From Vicugna vicugna (lineage: Eukaryota), in assembly GCA_013265495.1 (NCBI GenBank), contig MU057700.1:310001-374000 (forward strand): a stretch of DNA of 64,000 nucleotides, given 5' to 3'. The stretch's first letter is position 1; every line of letters starts with the position of its first letter. Below the pieces are notes generated by a model. The model searched no databases. It had not been told where the DNA came from and worked only from the letters and a program-made list of their open reading frames with translations. The position numbers and the translations under genes were made by a program. Below, piece after piece: positions 39,111 through 51,998 of the stretch.

Positions 39111-39327
39111 CTGAAGTTCTGCATAAACTGCGCGAACGCTTCAGTCCTTTCAGCAAGTGGCACGATGATATTAATAATTGACCTAGTAATGTCAATCATC
39201 TCGCTCTTCACTTTCATGAGAGGCCCAAAAGGGCGGAAGAGGGTCACGTGTCTATATTCCATAAGGTCTGCTTTCTTAAAAAAGAGCTCATACTGTGTGC
39301 CCTTATCTCTCTCAGTACGGTAATAAC
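39111..39327 (-). CDS. CSGALNACT2: CSGALNACT2 exon 3 ([17 protein letters not shown]...AFAQFMQNF)
   Basis: cctttag| acceptor, |gtaact donor, 217 nt. Confidence 0.96.
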
Positions 39328-39577
39328 CTAAAGGAAAGAGTTAGGAACAAAGATGTCTCCATGTCAAAGTTTACAAATTCAATCTGGCTACTGATTTCAC
39401 CCACATATCAAGAATGCAAAACCAAACTTATAGGAGTTTTATTTATTTGTAAAAATATTTATCCCCACTGTACAGTCGGTAACAACTATTTCTTTAAAAG
39501 GAGAGGTTAAAAAAGCGTTCACCACTCTGCTAGAGTATTCAATCCATAAAATACGCTCCAAATGACAGTGATTCCTT

Positions 39578-39718
39578 GGGGAGGGTATAGCTCAAGTGGC
39601 AGAGTGCAGTCACTCTATGTACCTTGGCATACACAAAGTCCTGGGTTCAATCCCCAGTACCTCCTCTAAAAATAAAATAAATAAGTAAACATAATTACCT
39701 CTCCTCCCAATTAAAAAA
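39578..39718 (+). mobile_element. tRNA-derived SINE, Vic-1-like (camelid)
   Basis: ggggagggtatagctcaagtgg (A box)...gtcctgggttcaatccccagtacc (B box), A-rich tail; 18-bp TSD aaatgacagtgattcctt / aaatgacaatgattcctt. Confidence 0.88.
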
Positions 39719-40236
39719 AAATGACAATGATTCCTTTTTACATATGACTTTTTAAATAGCAGAGCCTATCAATACAAAACCAAATGATGAAAATAAAGAA
39801 ATTACTTATAGCAATACTAAATTCTAGACCTGAGAGTCACATTGTCTATTAGTCGGTTCAGCTTAACAAAAATGAATTGACTGCATTTGTGCCAGGCACT
39901 GATGGTATAAAGAGCGATACATGTCCCAGTTCTGAGGAAGGGTCAGTTGAGTGAGGGTGATAGAAAAATAAAGAAATATTACAGTGATATACACATGCAA
40001 ACACACACATTCTGAACAGAGCAAAGTCAGACAAAGAAAAGTTAGCATAAATTTAAACATGGTGATTTGAGATGCCTTTAGGAAAAAAGTATGGAAGTCT
40101 CCTGGGCAACACTGAAGAGAGAGGTTAGACTTACAGAAGTGTGAGTCAGTCAACATCTGGGAATAAATCAGTGAACAAGTCCCACTCCTCCTGAGACTGA
40201 CAGTCTAATAGGAGATGGGCAATGCCATATACTATG

Positions 40237-40326
40237 AAAAGTGCTTTGAGAGAGGACACAGGGTAGAGGTCACAAGAGCACAAAAGTGCTTTGAGAGAGG
40301 ACATAGGGTAGAGGTCACAAGAGCAC
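40237..40326. repeat. 45-bp tandem duplication, 1 mismatch
   Basis: aaaagtgctttgagagaggacaYagggtagaggtcacaagagcac x2. Confidence 0.95.
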
Positions 40327-41662
40327 ATAGGAGGCACTGCTATCTTAGACTTGCAGGTTGGAGATGCCTTCCCAGAAGAAGTGACATCTAAGCTAAAGTC
40401 TGGAAGAGGAACAGGAGTTACTCAGTCATTGTCAGTAATTATTTTTTTTTGGTGAAGGAAGAGGCACCATGGAGAAAAAGTGAGGGACAAAATATGTTTC
40501 ATGCAGAGAAAAATCCTGTAAGTGACAGAATCCAAGGAGAGTTATAAGAAAAGCAAAGCTGTAGAAATAAAACTGGCATAGGTTCCTTTCTTTTTAGGTG
40601 GACATGAAAACATTTTATACATCTTAGTTAGTTATTTTATTTCCTCTGTAGCTTTCAATTCTGCCATAAGTTACAAACATACAGAGTGAGAAGACAAAAA
40701 GCTGAGCATGCAGAAAAATTAGAAGAGTTCTGAAAGAAACAACCCATCAAAAATTGCAGGAAGTGACAGCAGCAGAAAGAGATGGCTATAGACAGAAGAT
40801 AGCTGAAATGCCACAGAAAAGCTCAATGTCCTCCTGATGGCCTCCAAAAGCCTCAAGCAAGTGATACCCATGATGATTTGGGATCAAAAAAGCCTACTTG
40901 TGGTATACTGTTTATAGAATGAAGCAAAGACAACTTTTAAGAAGTATTTGTATACAAAATGGTTTTAAGTCTGCAATTAAATATCTAGCAGGGAGTATTA
41001 AGAGGGAGATGGGTTGAGATCTATAATTATTCCTGTTTATATCAATGAACAAATATCTTAAATTACAAGTGTTCCTCAACTTTTGAGTCATGTCCCATAC
41101 TGATATAAAAATCCCATGCCCTTTCTGCAGTCTGTAATAGAAAATCAGGTTTATTTCTTTACTTTTACAAATGCCAAATATGCTTTTCAGAACTATGTAT
41201 GCCTGATGTTCTGACACGTGTTTCTCCTCCCCCTAAAATATAGAATAACCACTAATCAGCTAAATTAGAATATTTTCTTTCCTTCAGCAAATGGTTTTCA
41301 AATCTTGAGTCTCAGTTCATATATTTAAAAATATGTAAAAAAGGAACATCAAGACCAGTTAAGAAATGAATGCAAATACATATATATGCAAATACACACA
41401 CAACCTGAAGAGCCCTTCAGCTTGGGGGGTATTCTGCTACATGAGCTTAGATTTTTTTCTATTTCCCTGCTCCTTATTTTCTATTTTATTACGGTCACAT
41501 TATAATTTTTTCTAAAAAGTCACTTCAAATTCTTGTTGGAATTTAGTGGTTAAAAATTTAAATGCTTTAATACTGTGGGTAATGACTGACATACCGCCAG
41601 CATACAATAATAGGATTCTATCATACTAACATAACTATGGATCAACACATTTGTCACATTAC

Positions 41663-42323
41663 CTTCTATGAAGTCATTTTCATTAAATATCAGTTTCTCT
41701 CCAAGGGGACCATCCTCATCTTCCTGTTCATCATCTTCATCAGGATTATTAATGACCTCCAAGCCGGCTTCAATAACTTCTACCAATTCATCTCGCTTAT
41801 CTTTTCTAACTGGCTTTTCCTCAGGATGGCGAGTGAGACCCATTTCCAACTGGAATACTTTCATTAAGGTAAAACTTTCAAAGGGAATGACTCCATACTC
41901 ACTAGGTAGTCTGGCTCCTATGCTGACTTCAGCTTTGTCAATTTGGGAATGAAGGAACTCTAAAAGATCACTAGGTGCTTGCTCTTTGTTTCCTTGATAG
42001 CCTATGCCATTAGCCCCTACATTCCTTCTCTCCTGCAATGATCTCATCTTCTCGCTCATTTCTTGTAATTCTTGTTTTAATTGGGCAATTTGGCGTTTCA
42101 GACTGGTTGCTCTGGTTTGATAATGTTCTTCTTGTTCCTGTAGGAGGGCTTGATAATATTCTTTACCATAATTTTCCCCAATGACACCAGGAAGAGATGC
42201 ATTTCCATCAGTCTGGGGGGCACATTCCAGAAGATATAAAAATAACACCAAACTGCAGAGTAAAGCAAGACCAAACAGTAGCCAGTGGGTCCGGGTCTGA
42301 AGAATCAATCCTCTTCTAGGCAT
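41663..42323 (-). CDS. CSGALNACT2: CSGALNACT2 exon 2 coding part (MPRRGLILQTRTHWLLFGLALLCSLVLFLYLL...NDFIE); exon starts ~42597
   Basis: ATG at 42323; type II TM anchor then coiled-coil stem; |gtaatg donor; 661 coding nt; upstream acceptor ctgtttctttcag. Confidence 0.97.
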
Positions 42324-44394
42324 TCTTATTATTATAGACTTGTATAATGAGATAAGCTCTTTGCTTGTTCATTCCTTTAGCAAAAGGTTATAAAAAAGTA
42401 AAAACAAAATCAGGATTTCCATAAAAAGTACCAAAATGAATTCGGCTGTAGCTTAAAAAATTTCTTCCTTCAGCAGTGAAGACTACTTGCAGAAATGAGA
42501 AACAATGCATTTTTCCTGTACTGTTAGCATGATATCCAGAATAAAGAAATCTGACCTACACATCAGGTAAAATTCCATTACATGGGTGGTGATTTTTCTG
42601 AAAGAAACAGATCAGAATCAATCAGAATTTTGTTTCCTTAAGCATATCAAATTGTTGATAGCTTCGATAAACTTGGCTATATGACTACTGCAGGTAGAGC
42701 ACCATGAGAGGCACTAATTTAGAATAGTCAATAAAACCTGGGAGAAAGTATTAAGAAAAATACCTTACAAAACACTAAAATTTCGCATGTAATACTTTCA
42801 ACCAGAATGCCTATACATCCATAACCTGAATGAATCAATGAACCATTAAGATTATGTTTAGCATAGTTTGTATTATGTAGATTCTATTGGTCTCTAACTA
42901 TTTGAAAATTACATCACATATAACTCTTTATTAACAAAATATTTTTATTAACTTGCCATTTCACATCTATAGCATATGACCATTTGGGGAGAACTATAAA
43001 CTGTTTTTGTTATATTCATAATGGCTTTCTAGAGAGATATTGTCTTCCAGTTTATCCAATTCAAGCATTCTACTTCATTAATTTCTATAGCTCAACTCAG
43101 TCACTCTAACAGCCTTAAAATTAAGTGGGGGGAAAAGCAATTTCAAAAGGTCACAGACATCTGGAAAACACATTAAGAAACATTTTTATATCCAAAGTCC
43201 TCCAGGAGATTATTTGAGCATTAGATCACATAATTCTTTCCACCGTATTACACAGCAACAGATTTCCTATAAGTCTGGAAAGGTCTGGAGTCTATATAAA
43301 GAAAAAAAAATGAAAATGTTTATCTGCAGGGAAAAAATTTAAGAACTGTTTATAAATTTATAAAATTAGATGCTATCCTTCATACCACAACCAAGTTGTG
43401 TGAGGTCTTCCTTGTTTCTTTCTAAACTAAAAATTCCCTTCTAGAAATAGAGGTTAGATCTAGAAGACAGGCACAGGGAAGGCCTCCCCTGCAGAGAGGA
43501 CTTCTGTTCTAATGAAGTGCTTGTCAAGAAGAATATGCGATACTACAGTAGGCTTTTAACAGAGCTGGTTTCTACCAGTGCAGCAGAACCTATTGGAGGA
43601 AGGTCACGTGGGAACATCAGTCCTAGCCAGCTTCTTGGTCATTAGGAAAGCCTGGATGCCTTCTGTGAAAAATGCTGCAATGTGTGTTTTCTGTGGCACA
43701 TATCTGTGCAAAATGCAGGACAGATTCAAACTTCTTATGGCTAGTGGGCCACAAACTATGGACTTAACTACCCTTTCCCATTTATTTCTTTAGTTAACCA
43801 AAAGATAACTAAGTATTCTTAAAAATTTAACTCACCACAAGTAAGTTTTACTATGGTGGCATCTGTTTTACTGATTGTAAATCTTATTTAAGTGACACAG
43901 AAAAAAAGGAAAAAACTCAGTATTAAGAAAACTAAGCAAAAAACAAGGATGCAAAGCTAGTATTAGTTCCAGGACTTTAACATGCCTCAAAACTGTAATT
44001 CTTAGCATAAGAAACCACTTAAATTTCATTGTTTAAAAGTTAAAACTCAGAGGTATCTCTTTTAACTATTTGTAAGTTACTACTAAGCCTGTTTATCAGG
44101 GAAAAGACTAGAGCTAAAAATGTGGAGATATAATCTTATATAATTGTTGATAATAAAGTTATACATATTTAACTATACTATATTCAAACTTAATAATAGA
44201 ACTAACAGTATATAATTTAAGTATTTCAACCTTTTATTAATATGATACCTCACAGTTTCTCTTTCTTTATATAGATAATATATTTTAAACTGTGAGAAAT
44301 CACCCATTAATGGGTCACTACCAAAGGTTTATTTTTCAATGAACTAGAACAGGAAATACTGGTGTATATCACATATAGTAGTTTTTAGTTGCAA

Positions 44395-44452
44395 ATATAT
44401 ATATACATATATACATACACACACACACACACACACACATACATATATGTAT
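44395..44452. repeat. (TA)n/(CA)n compound microsatellite
   Basis: atatatatatacatatatacatacacacacacacacacacacacatacatatatgtata. Confidence 0.9.
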
Positions 44453-47071
44453 AGGCATGAGATATCTACATAAAGTGTACTTATAAGTGGGTTGTGATAC
44501 AAAAATCTTGATACTGCTTTAGGAAGTATTTTTATACATTTCCCTTGCCATCTTTTCAGAATAGTGTTGCTATTATCTTCATTTTGGATAGGGAAAACAG
44601 GCTCAGAAATGAAACGATTTAAGTAAGGTTAATTATGTTACATAACTACTAAGTGGTAGCATTAAAGCCAAGGTTTCTTTCTCCCTCCTTTAAGCAAAAT
44701 ATAGGTTTCAGATATCTTACATGCTTATCTTACAGTTGAATATTATCTACTGAAAGAAAAGTTGCTGTAATTACTTTAGAATACAAATGTTAGCAACACA
44801 GCTCTGTGGTTGGTTGTTAAAAATACGACTCCAATTAAAGTTTTATTTGCCTAGTTCCTGAAGGGAACTCTTTAGCCACATCCTGGAAGACTAGATTATG
44901 ACAGCTCTGATTATGCTAAGAACAGTATTAGAGAAAACACCCATTTTCTGCTGTTACACCTTGATTGCCATCATTCTCTGTAGTGTGTCTGTATGATAAA
45001 CAAGGTTCACTCATAACCCAGAGTTAATCCCAAGCAACCTTTCAAGCACCAACAGCAGACAGTAAAGTGTTCTGAGGAGAGAATGGGACACTGTCGAGAT
45101 GGGAAATTGAGCTGTCAAAGATATATAAAACAAAATCAAAGATCTCAGAGTTGAAAGAAACCTTAGGAGCCATCAATTCTTACTCTTTAAAACAGACTAA
45201 AGCCTCTTATAATCAAGATAGAATAACATGGACCAGATTTACTCTGACACTTGAAACAACTGAAAACAAACACAATTAATTAAAAAAACCCCAATATATA
45301 TGAAGCAATGATTTTCAAGATACTGAACATTAGGTAATAACGTACAGTGACCCCTGAAGAAACAAGAAAACAACTGATTGCAAAACTTACTGCCTTAATT
45401 TCCAGGACATAGCACAGGGAGTCCACTCCTAAGCAGAGTCCAGCCAGCACCCTGAGTTGCTAAGATGGAACTGACAGTCTGAGGAGACCAAAGCAGCTAG
45501 ATTCAAAGGATATAGTACCTGAGAAGAGAGTTGCAGCAGGGGAGAACTCCAGAGATCTGAAGATGACACCCTTTGGGTGTGCAGTAGGGCACTGATCACT
45601 GCAGGTATAGGAAGTAACTAACTGAAGCTAAGGAAAGAAGCACACAAAAAATTAGAAGACACAGAACCCAGCATTCAAACAGAGCCAAGAACAGTGAATG
45701 CTCCCACCAGACAGACTGGAAAACCTCAAAATTCATGGGGCATTGGGTAGAGCACTCAAAAAGGTCTTGCCTCAGTAGTAGGAAATAATTAGCTCTAGAC
45801 TAAACATGGGTCTGGTCCTGCCAACAAATCTTAAAAGCAAGACCTTGAAAGGATCAAACTGTTTCCATGTAACTGCACAACAAGCCTCACAAATACTTAT
45901 AGGAATATAAAAATATCCAGCACCCAGTAAAATAAAATTCAAAATGCCTGACATCCAAACAAAAACAATCATGCATACAAAGAAAAAGAAAAATACAGCC
46001 CATAATGAAAAAACTCAAAGATTGAAACTGACCTAGAAATGATACAGATGCTCAAGTTCACAGAAAAGGACATTAAAACAGTTATTATAACTGTATTTAT
46101 AAAGATGTTCATGTTCAAAAAACTAAGGAGAGACATGGCTGACATAAAAAAAAGTTCCAAATTAAACTACAGGAGATGAAATCTTCAGTGTCTGAGATGA
46201 AAACTATACTGAAAGGGATTGACAGCAGATTAGATATTTCAGAAAAAATATTCATAAACTGAAGACACAGCAAAAGAATTATTCAAAATATAGAAGCAAA
46301 AAAGAATGAAACACATAAATAGAGCACCTGGTAAACTGTATGACAACTTCAAGCTGCCTAACATATATAGTAAGTAGAGTCTCCAAGGAGGGAAGAGGCT
46401 GGTGGAAATATTTAAAGAAATAAGGCTGAAAATTTTCCAAATTTGATGAAAACTACCAATATATCGATCCAAGAAGCTCAACAAATACCAAACACAAGAG
46501 CCACAAAGCAAACTAAAGCAAGGCTCATGATGATCAAATTGCTCAAATCTTAAGATAATTAGAAAATCTTAACAGTGGCTTAAGGAAAACCACCACACAC
46601 AAGAGATAAAGAGAGTGGAGCAATGGCTTTATAGGACTGAAAGGAAAAAATACATCTACCTATAATTCTATACTCAGAAACTCTACGTATCTTTCAAGAA
46701 CAATTACTTTTTTTAGATATTAAAAAGTCAGAAGAATTCATCACCATCTGACCTGGCACTACAAGCCCTTTAGGCAGAAGGAAAATGATTCCAGGTGGAA
46801 ATATGGAGCTACACAAAGCAATGAAGAAAACAGAAACGTTAACTACATGGAAAATTACAAAATTTCTGTTATTATTTAAATTGCTTTAAACTGTAAATGG
46901 TCTAGGCCCTATAAAGACACAAATTACTGCTACTGACTCAAGGAGAAATAGTAAATATGAATAGATCTATAATGAGACCAAATTAGTTATCAAAACACTA
47001 CCCACAAAGAAAAGTCTAGAACCAGATGGTTTTACTAGTGAATTCAACCAACTGTTAGCAAGAATTAATAA

Positions 47072-47830
47072 CAGACCAGTTTGGCTCTGACCCTGTCCCG
47101 AACCCAGCCTGGCCCACTCCCAGCCCCGCACGCGGCGGCCTCGGGAGCAGCCCAAGCACACGAGGGCCACGTGTCTGGCCGCCAGCGCAGACGAGACGGA
47201 ACCCCTGACCTCCAAGGAGGAACTGAGGATCAACACGGTTCCAGAATCGATTCCAGTGGTTCATGGAACCACCGGGCCCTGGCCAATGGCCGCTACAAAC
47301 CACTGTGTTACAAAAATGCTGCTACCTGTTACACACATGCAAAAAAAGTTTATACCTGACATGCCTACCCTGAATTCCATAAAAGGATTTCAATAATGAA
47401 ATGTGGAGTAACCTCACTGGTGGACAGTCTCCCTGGACCCGTGGCTTAGATTCTGGGTACAGGAAGGATTTGGTGGAATTCTCTAGACTAGAGCTGACCC
47501 CTGCCTTCGCCTTAATGACATGCTTTGTCAAGTGAGCTTCATGACACCAGAGTTAAAATGTTTAGAGTCCAAACTTGGTTTTAAAGAATGCATAGCCTAA
47601 TTTGATTGTTTGCTATATTTGCCTGGATGTCCATCTTTTATTCCTTTTTTTTTTAAATTGAAGTACAGTTGGATTTACAATATTGTGTTAGTTTCAGGTG
47701 ATTCAAAGTGATTCAGTTTTATATATATATATATGTATATATATTACTTTCCATTATAGATTATTACAGAATATTGAACATAGTTCCCTGCGTTATATAG
47801 TGATAAATTCTTGTTGCTTATTAAAAAAAA
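47072..47830 (+). pseudogene. Processed retrocopy of an unidentified transcript
   Basis: CpG-rich 5' end, AT-richer 3' part, GATAAA then A8 tail; TSD aagaattaata / aagaattagta; splits a contiguous L1 ORF2 segment. Confidence 0.75.
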
Positions 47831-49631
47831 GAATTAGTACCAATTTTTCACAAACTCCTCCAAAAAACATAAAGAATACTTCTCAACTCATTCTATAAGG
47901 CTGGTATTATTCTGATACTAAAACCAGATAAAGGTATCAAAAGAAAACTTCAGACCAATATTCTTTATGAATATAGACAGAAAAATCCTTAACAAAATAT
48001 TAGCACACTGAATCTATCAACACATAACACCACGACCTCGTGAGATTTATCTCCAAAATGCAAGGTGAATTTACCATCCAAAAATCAATGCAATACACCA
48101 CATTAGTAAAGGACAAAACCCATATGACTGTATCAATAGACACAGAAAAAGCATTTTATGAAATCCAGCACCACTTCCTGAAGAAAACACTCAACAAACT
48201 AGGAGTAGAAGGGAACTTCCTCAACCCGATAAAGGGCATATACAAAAAACCCGTAACTAACTTCATATTTAATGGTAAAAGACTTCATGTACTCCCCCTA
48301 AGACCAGGAATAAGACAAGGATGTCTGCTCTTATCACTTCTATTAAACACTATACTGGAGGATACTCTAGTTAGGGCAATTAGGCAAGGTAAGAAAATAA
48401 AAGACCTCCAAGTTAAAAAAAATAAGTAAAACTATTTGCAGATGATGTGATCTTGTATACAGAAAACACCAAGGAATTCACTAAAAATCTATTATAAGTA
48501 ATATATGAGCACAGTCAGGTTGCAGGATATAAAATTAATACACAAAAATTAATTGCATTTCTATATACCAGCAATGAACAATCTGAAAATAAAATTAAGA
48601 AAACAATTTGATTTATACAAAAAAGAATTAAATGCTTAGGAATAATTTTAACAAAAGAAGTACAAGACTTGTACTCTGAACACTACAAAACACTGTTATA
48701 AGAAATTAAAGATTTGAATAAATAGAAAGATACTACGTTCACTGATTATAAGACTTGATATTATTAAGATGGCAGTACTTTCCAAATTGATTTACAGATT
48801 CAATACAATCCTCTTCAGATTCCCAGTTTTATATAAATCAATAAGCTTATCCTAAAATTCACACAGAAATTCAAGGAACCCAGAATAGCCAAAACAGTAC
48901 TGAGAAAGAAGAGCAAAATTGGAGGACTCAACTTTCCCATTTCAAAACTTACTTCAAAGCTACAGTAATCAAGACACGATGGAACTAGCATTAAGACTAG
49001 ACATACAGATTAATGGGATAGAATTTAGAGTCCAGAAATAAGCCTTTACATTAAGTCAACTGATTTTCAACATTGGTGGCAAGGGAAATCAGTGGGAAAA
49101 GAACAGCCTTTTCAATAAACGGTGCTAGGACACCTGGATACTCACAAGCAAAAGAATGAAACTGAATCCTTACCTCAACCTAGTCAAAAATTTACTCAAA
49201 ATGGGTCAAAGATCTAAATGTAAGAGTTAAAACTATAAAATTCTTAGAACAAAACATAAGTGTAAATCTTTAAATAAATAAATAATTTCAAATAAATAAA
49301 CTGGACTTCATTAAAATTAAAAAGTTTAAAAAAATTAAAAACTTTTGTGCTGTAAAGGATATCAAGGAAGTGAAAAGGATGGAAAAAAATACTTGTAAAT
49401 CATATATCTGTTAGGTGTCTACATCAAAAATGCATAAATAACTCTTACAATTCAACATTAAAAAGATAAATAATCCAATAGCAAAAGATATGAACAGACA
49501 TTTCTCTAAAGATTAAGCCTACAAATACATGAAAAGATGTTCAGTATCATAAGCCAATAGGGAAATGCAAATCAAAACCACAATGAGATACCACTTCATA
49601 TGCACTAGGATATTCTTCAAAAATAAATCAC

Positions 49632-49755
49632 GGAGGGAGGGGCATGATGGGGGGAGGGGATTACGAGGTACAAACTTCTAGGTATAAATCACTACATCGT
49701 ACACCTGAAACTAATATAATATTGTTAAGTCAACTATATTTCAATTAAAAGAAAA
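49632..49755 (+). mobile_element. Short, internally deleted L1MA-type 3' end nested in the older L1
   Basis: gaggtacaaacttctaggtataaa joined to gtacacctgaaactaatataatattgttaagtcaactatatttcaattaaaa; imperfect direct-repeat flanks of the form caaaat..aatcac. Confidence 0.7.
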
Positions 49756-51660
49756 TCGCAAAATGAATCACAGATCTAAATGAAAAACCTAAAGCTATAA
49801 AACTAGAAGAAAGCATAGGAGAAAATCTTTGTGACCTTGAGTTAGGCAGAGATTTCTTTGATAGGACACTAACAGCATAATTGATAAATGGGACTTTATC
49901 AAAATTTGTGCTTTTTGAAACACACTATTAAGAGAATGGAAAAACAAGTCTCAGACCAGGAGAAAATATGGGCAAAGCATATATATGATAAAGGACTTGT
50001 ATTCAGAATATATTTTAAAAGTATCAAAATGCGATAACAAAACAAACACAATTCAATCAAAAACTGGCAAAAGATATGAAGAAACACTTCAAATAAGCAC
50101 ATGAAAAAAATGCTCAACATTGTTAGCCATTAGGGAAATGCAAATTCAAACCACAATGAGATACCACAGAATGGGTAATATTAGACAGGCTAAAATTAAA
50201 AAGACTGATGTGTTGGTGACAATGTGGAGGAACTAGAACTTTAATACACTGCTGGAGGGAATGTAAGATGGTTTCACAGTCAAGTTAAATATAAGCCTGT
50301 CTGATTGAGCCATTCCATTACTAGATATTTAGCCAAGAGAAATCAAAGCATATGCCCACACAAAGACTTGTACACAAATGTACATAGCAGCTTTATATGC
50401 ACCATCCCACCACTAGAAACAACTCAAATGTCCATCAACAAGTGGATGTGTTAAACAAACTGTTACAGCCATACAATGGAACACCGCTCAGCAAGAAAAA
50501 GGAATACACTGATACATGCTTCAGTGTGGCTGAATCTCAATAATAGAAGCCCAAAAAGACTACGATGAGAGTATGATTCCATTTATATAAAATTCTAGAA
50601 AATGTAAGGTAATTTGTAGTGACAGAAAGCAGAGGAATGAGTGGTTGCTCGGGATGGGGTGGGGGTAGGGAAGGTGGTACAAGGAAGGAATTATAAAAAG
50701 GCACAAAGAAACTTTTGGGAGTGATGGATATGTCCATCATTTTGATTGTGGTGATGATTTCAGGTATATACATATGTTCACATTACCAAATTGTGTACTT
50801 TAAATATGTGTAGTTTATTACATGTCAATTATACCTCAGTGAAGCTGTTTAAAAAATAAAACCAAATCAGATTTAGTTCTAGTAGTAGTGCCAAAGAGGC
50901 ATTTGTAAGTAACCTCCATTTTGTTCATTAAGACAAGCACGAAGATTTGTTGACTACAAGTTTGGATTTAAAAAACTAAGCACATCCCCTGCCCTCCCCA
51001 CCCCCCAAAAATGTAGAACACAGATTACTCTGAAGGTCTTATTACATCTTCTCTATTTGGCTTGTGATTTTGAGACAACAAAAGAGTGTTAACATAGCTC
51101 ATTCTATAGCACTGATTCCTACATAATACGACCTTAAAGCAGTTTCTACTCAATCTTTTGATTCTATAATTTTACGGAACTAATACACATTTCATACATC
51201 ATTTCCAGGATGCTTACCCTGCAGTGTACCAAACTAACTTCTGCAATAAGAGTAGCCTACTGCTTCCTGCAAAATACAAACAATCCATTTGAACCTGTAT
51301 CTATTTATTTTCAAAGTTCTAGTCTATATAATCTTCCTACATTTTTTGTACAGAATAATTTCTTATTAAAGTTTTAAAAAACTAAACATATAATTTTGAA
51401 TTCTTTTTTTTAAACAAAAAGTCACAAAAATTATTTGGGAAACAAAAGCTCTGCTAGTAAATCAAAACATTATGAAGTACAAACATGTGAGGGAGGGAAT
51501 TAAAACTTTTTATTTCTTGAGCAATTAATGAGTATTATAATGATATATGTATTCCATAACACATCATTGAATAAACACTTTGTAAATATTCAGAAATACT
51601 GATCACCAAAAGGCAGCATGCATTCAACAAATATTTCAGTACCTACTGTGTGTCAGTCAT

Positions 51661-51998
51661 TGCAATGAATGGAATGTTTCTCCCCTCCCTCTGCCAAATT
51701 CATATGCTGAAATTCTATCCCCCAAAATGACAGATGGAAGGTAATCAGTGCATGAGTGTGGAGCCCTCATGAATGGGATTAGTGCCCTTGTGAAAGAGAC
51801 CCCAGAGAACTAAGTAGCCCTCTTTCTGCCATGTGAAGATACAATGAGAAGTTGGCAGCCTACAAGCTGGAAAAGGGTCCTCACAGAACCTAACCATGCA
51901 TGCTGGCACCCTGATCTCAGACTTAAGAAATATATTTGTTGTCTATAAGCCACTCAGTCTATGGCACTTTGTTATAATTATCCAAACTGACTAAGATA
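51661..51998 (+). mobile_element. MLT1A-like MaLR solo LTR inserted in an L2 fragment
   Basis: TG start; ggagccctcatgaatgggattagtgccctt; taagccactcagtctatggcactttgttata...gactaagata; degenerate 5-bp TSD gtcat / ggcac. Confidence 0.85.

Larger units (their letters stand above)
45200..50860 (+). mobile_element. Near-full-length but decayed old L1 (5'UTR, ORF1, ORF2, 3'UTR) with nested insertions, antisense to CSGALNACT2 in intron 1
   Basis: ORF1-like ~46000-46850; ORF 48040-48429 has RT-like SIDTEKAF and RQGCLL motifs; L1 3'UTR 50300-50860. Confidence 0.88.

Noticed and set aside
39578..39660. Possible tRNA gene
   Set aside because: Has A and B boxes but an A-rich tail, a TSD and a disrupted anticodon region, so it is a SINE.
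40237..40326. CRISPR-like repeat
   Set aside because: Two adjacent units with no spacer, in mammalian intron DNA, and no cas genes.
47081..47359. 92-aa ORF in the retrocopy as a functional retrogene
   Set aside because: Starts at TTG, I recognise no homolog, and there is no expression evidence; kept only as part of the retrocopy finding.
48040..48429. Reverse-transcriptase-like ORF
   Set aside because: Fragment of a dead L1 ORF2; flanking sequence has stops and frameshifts.
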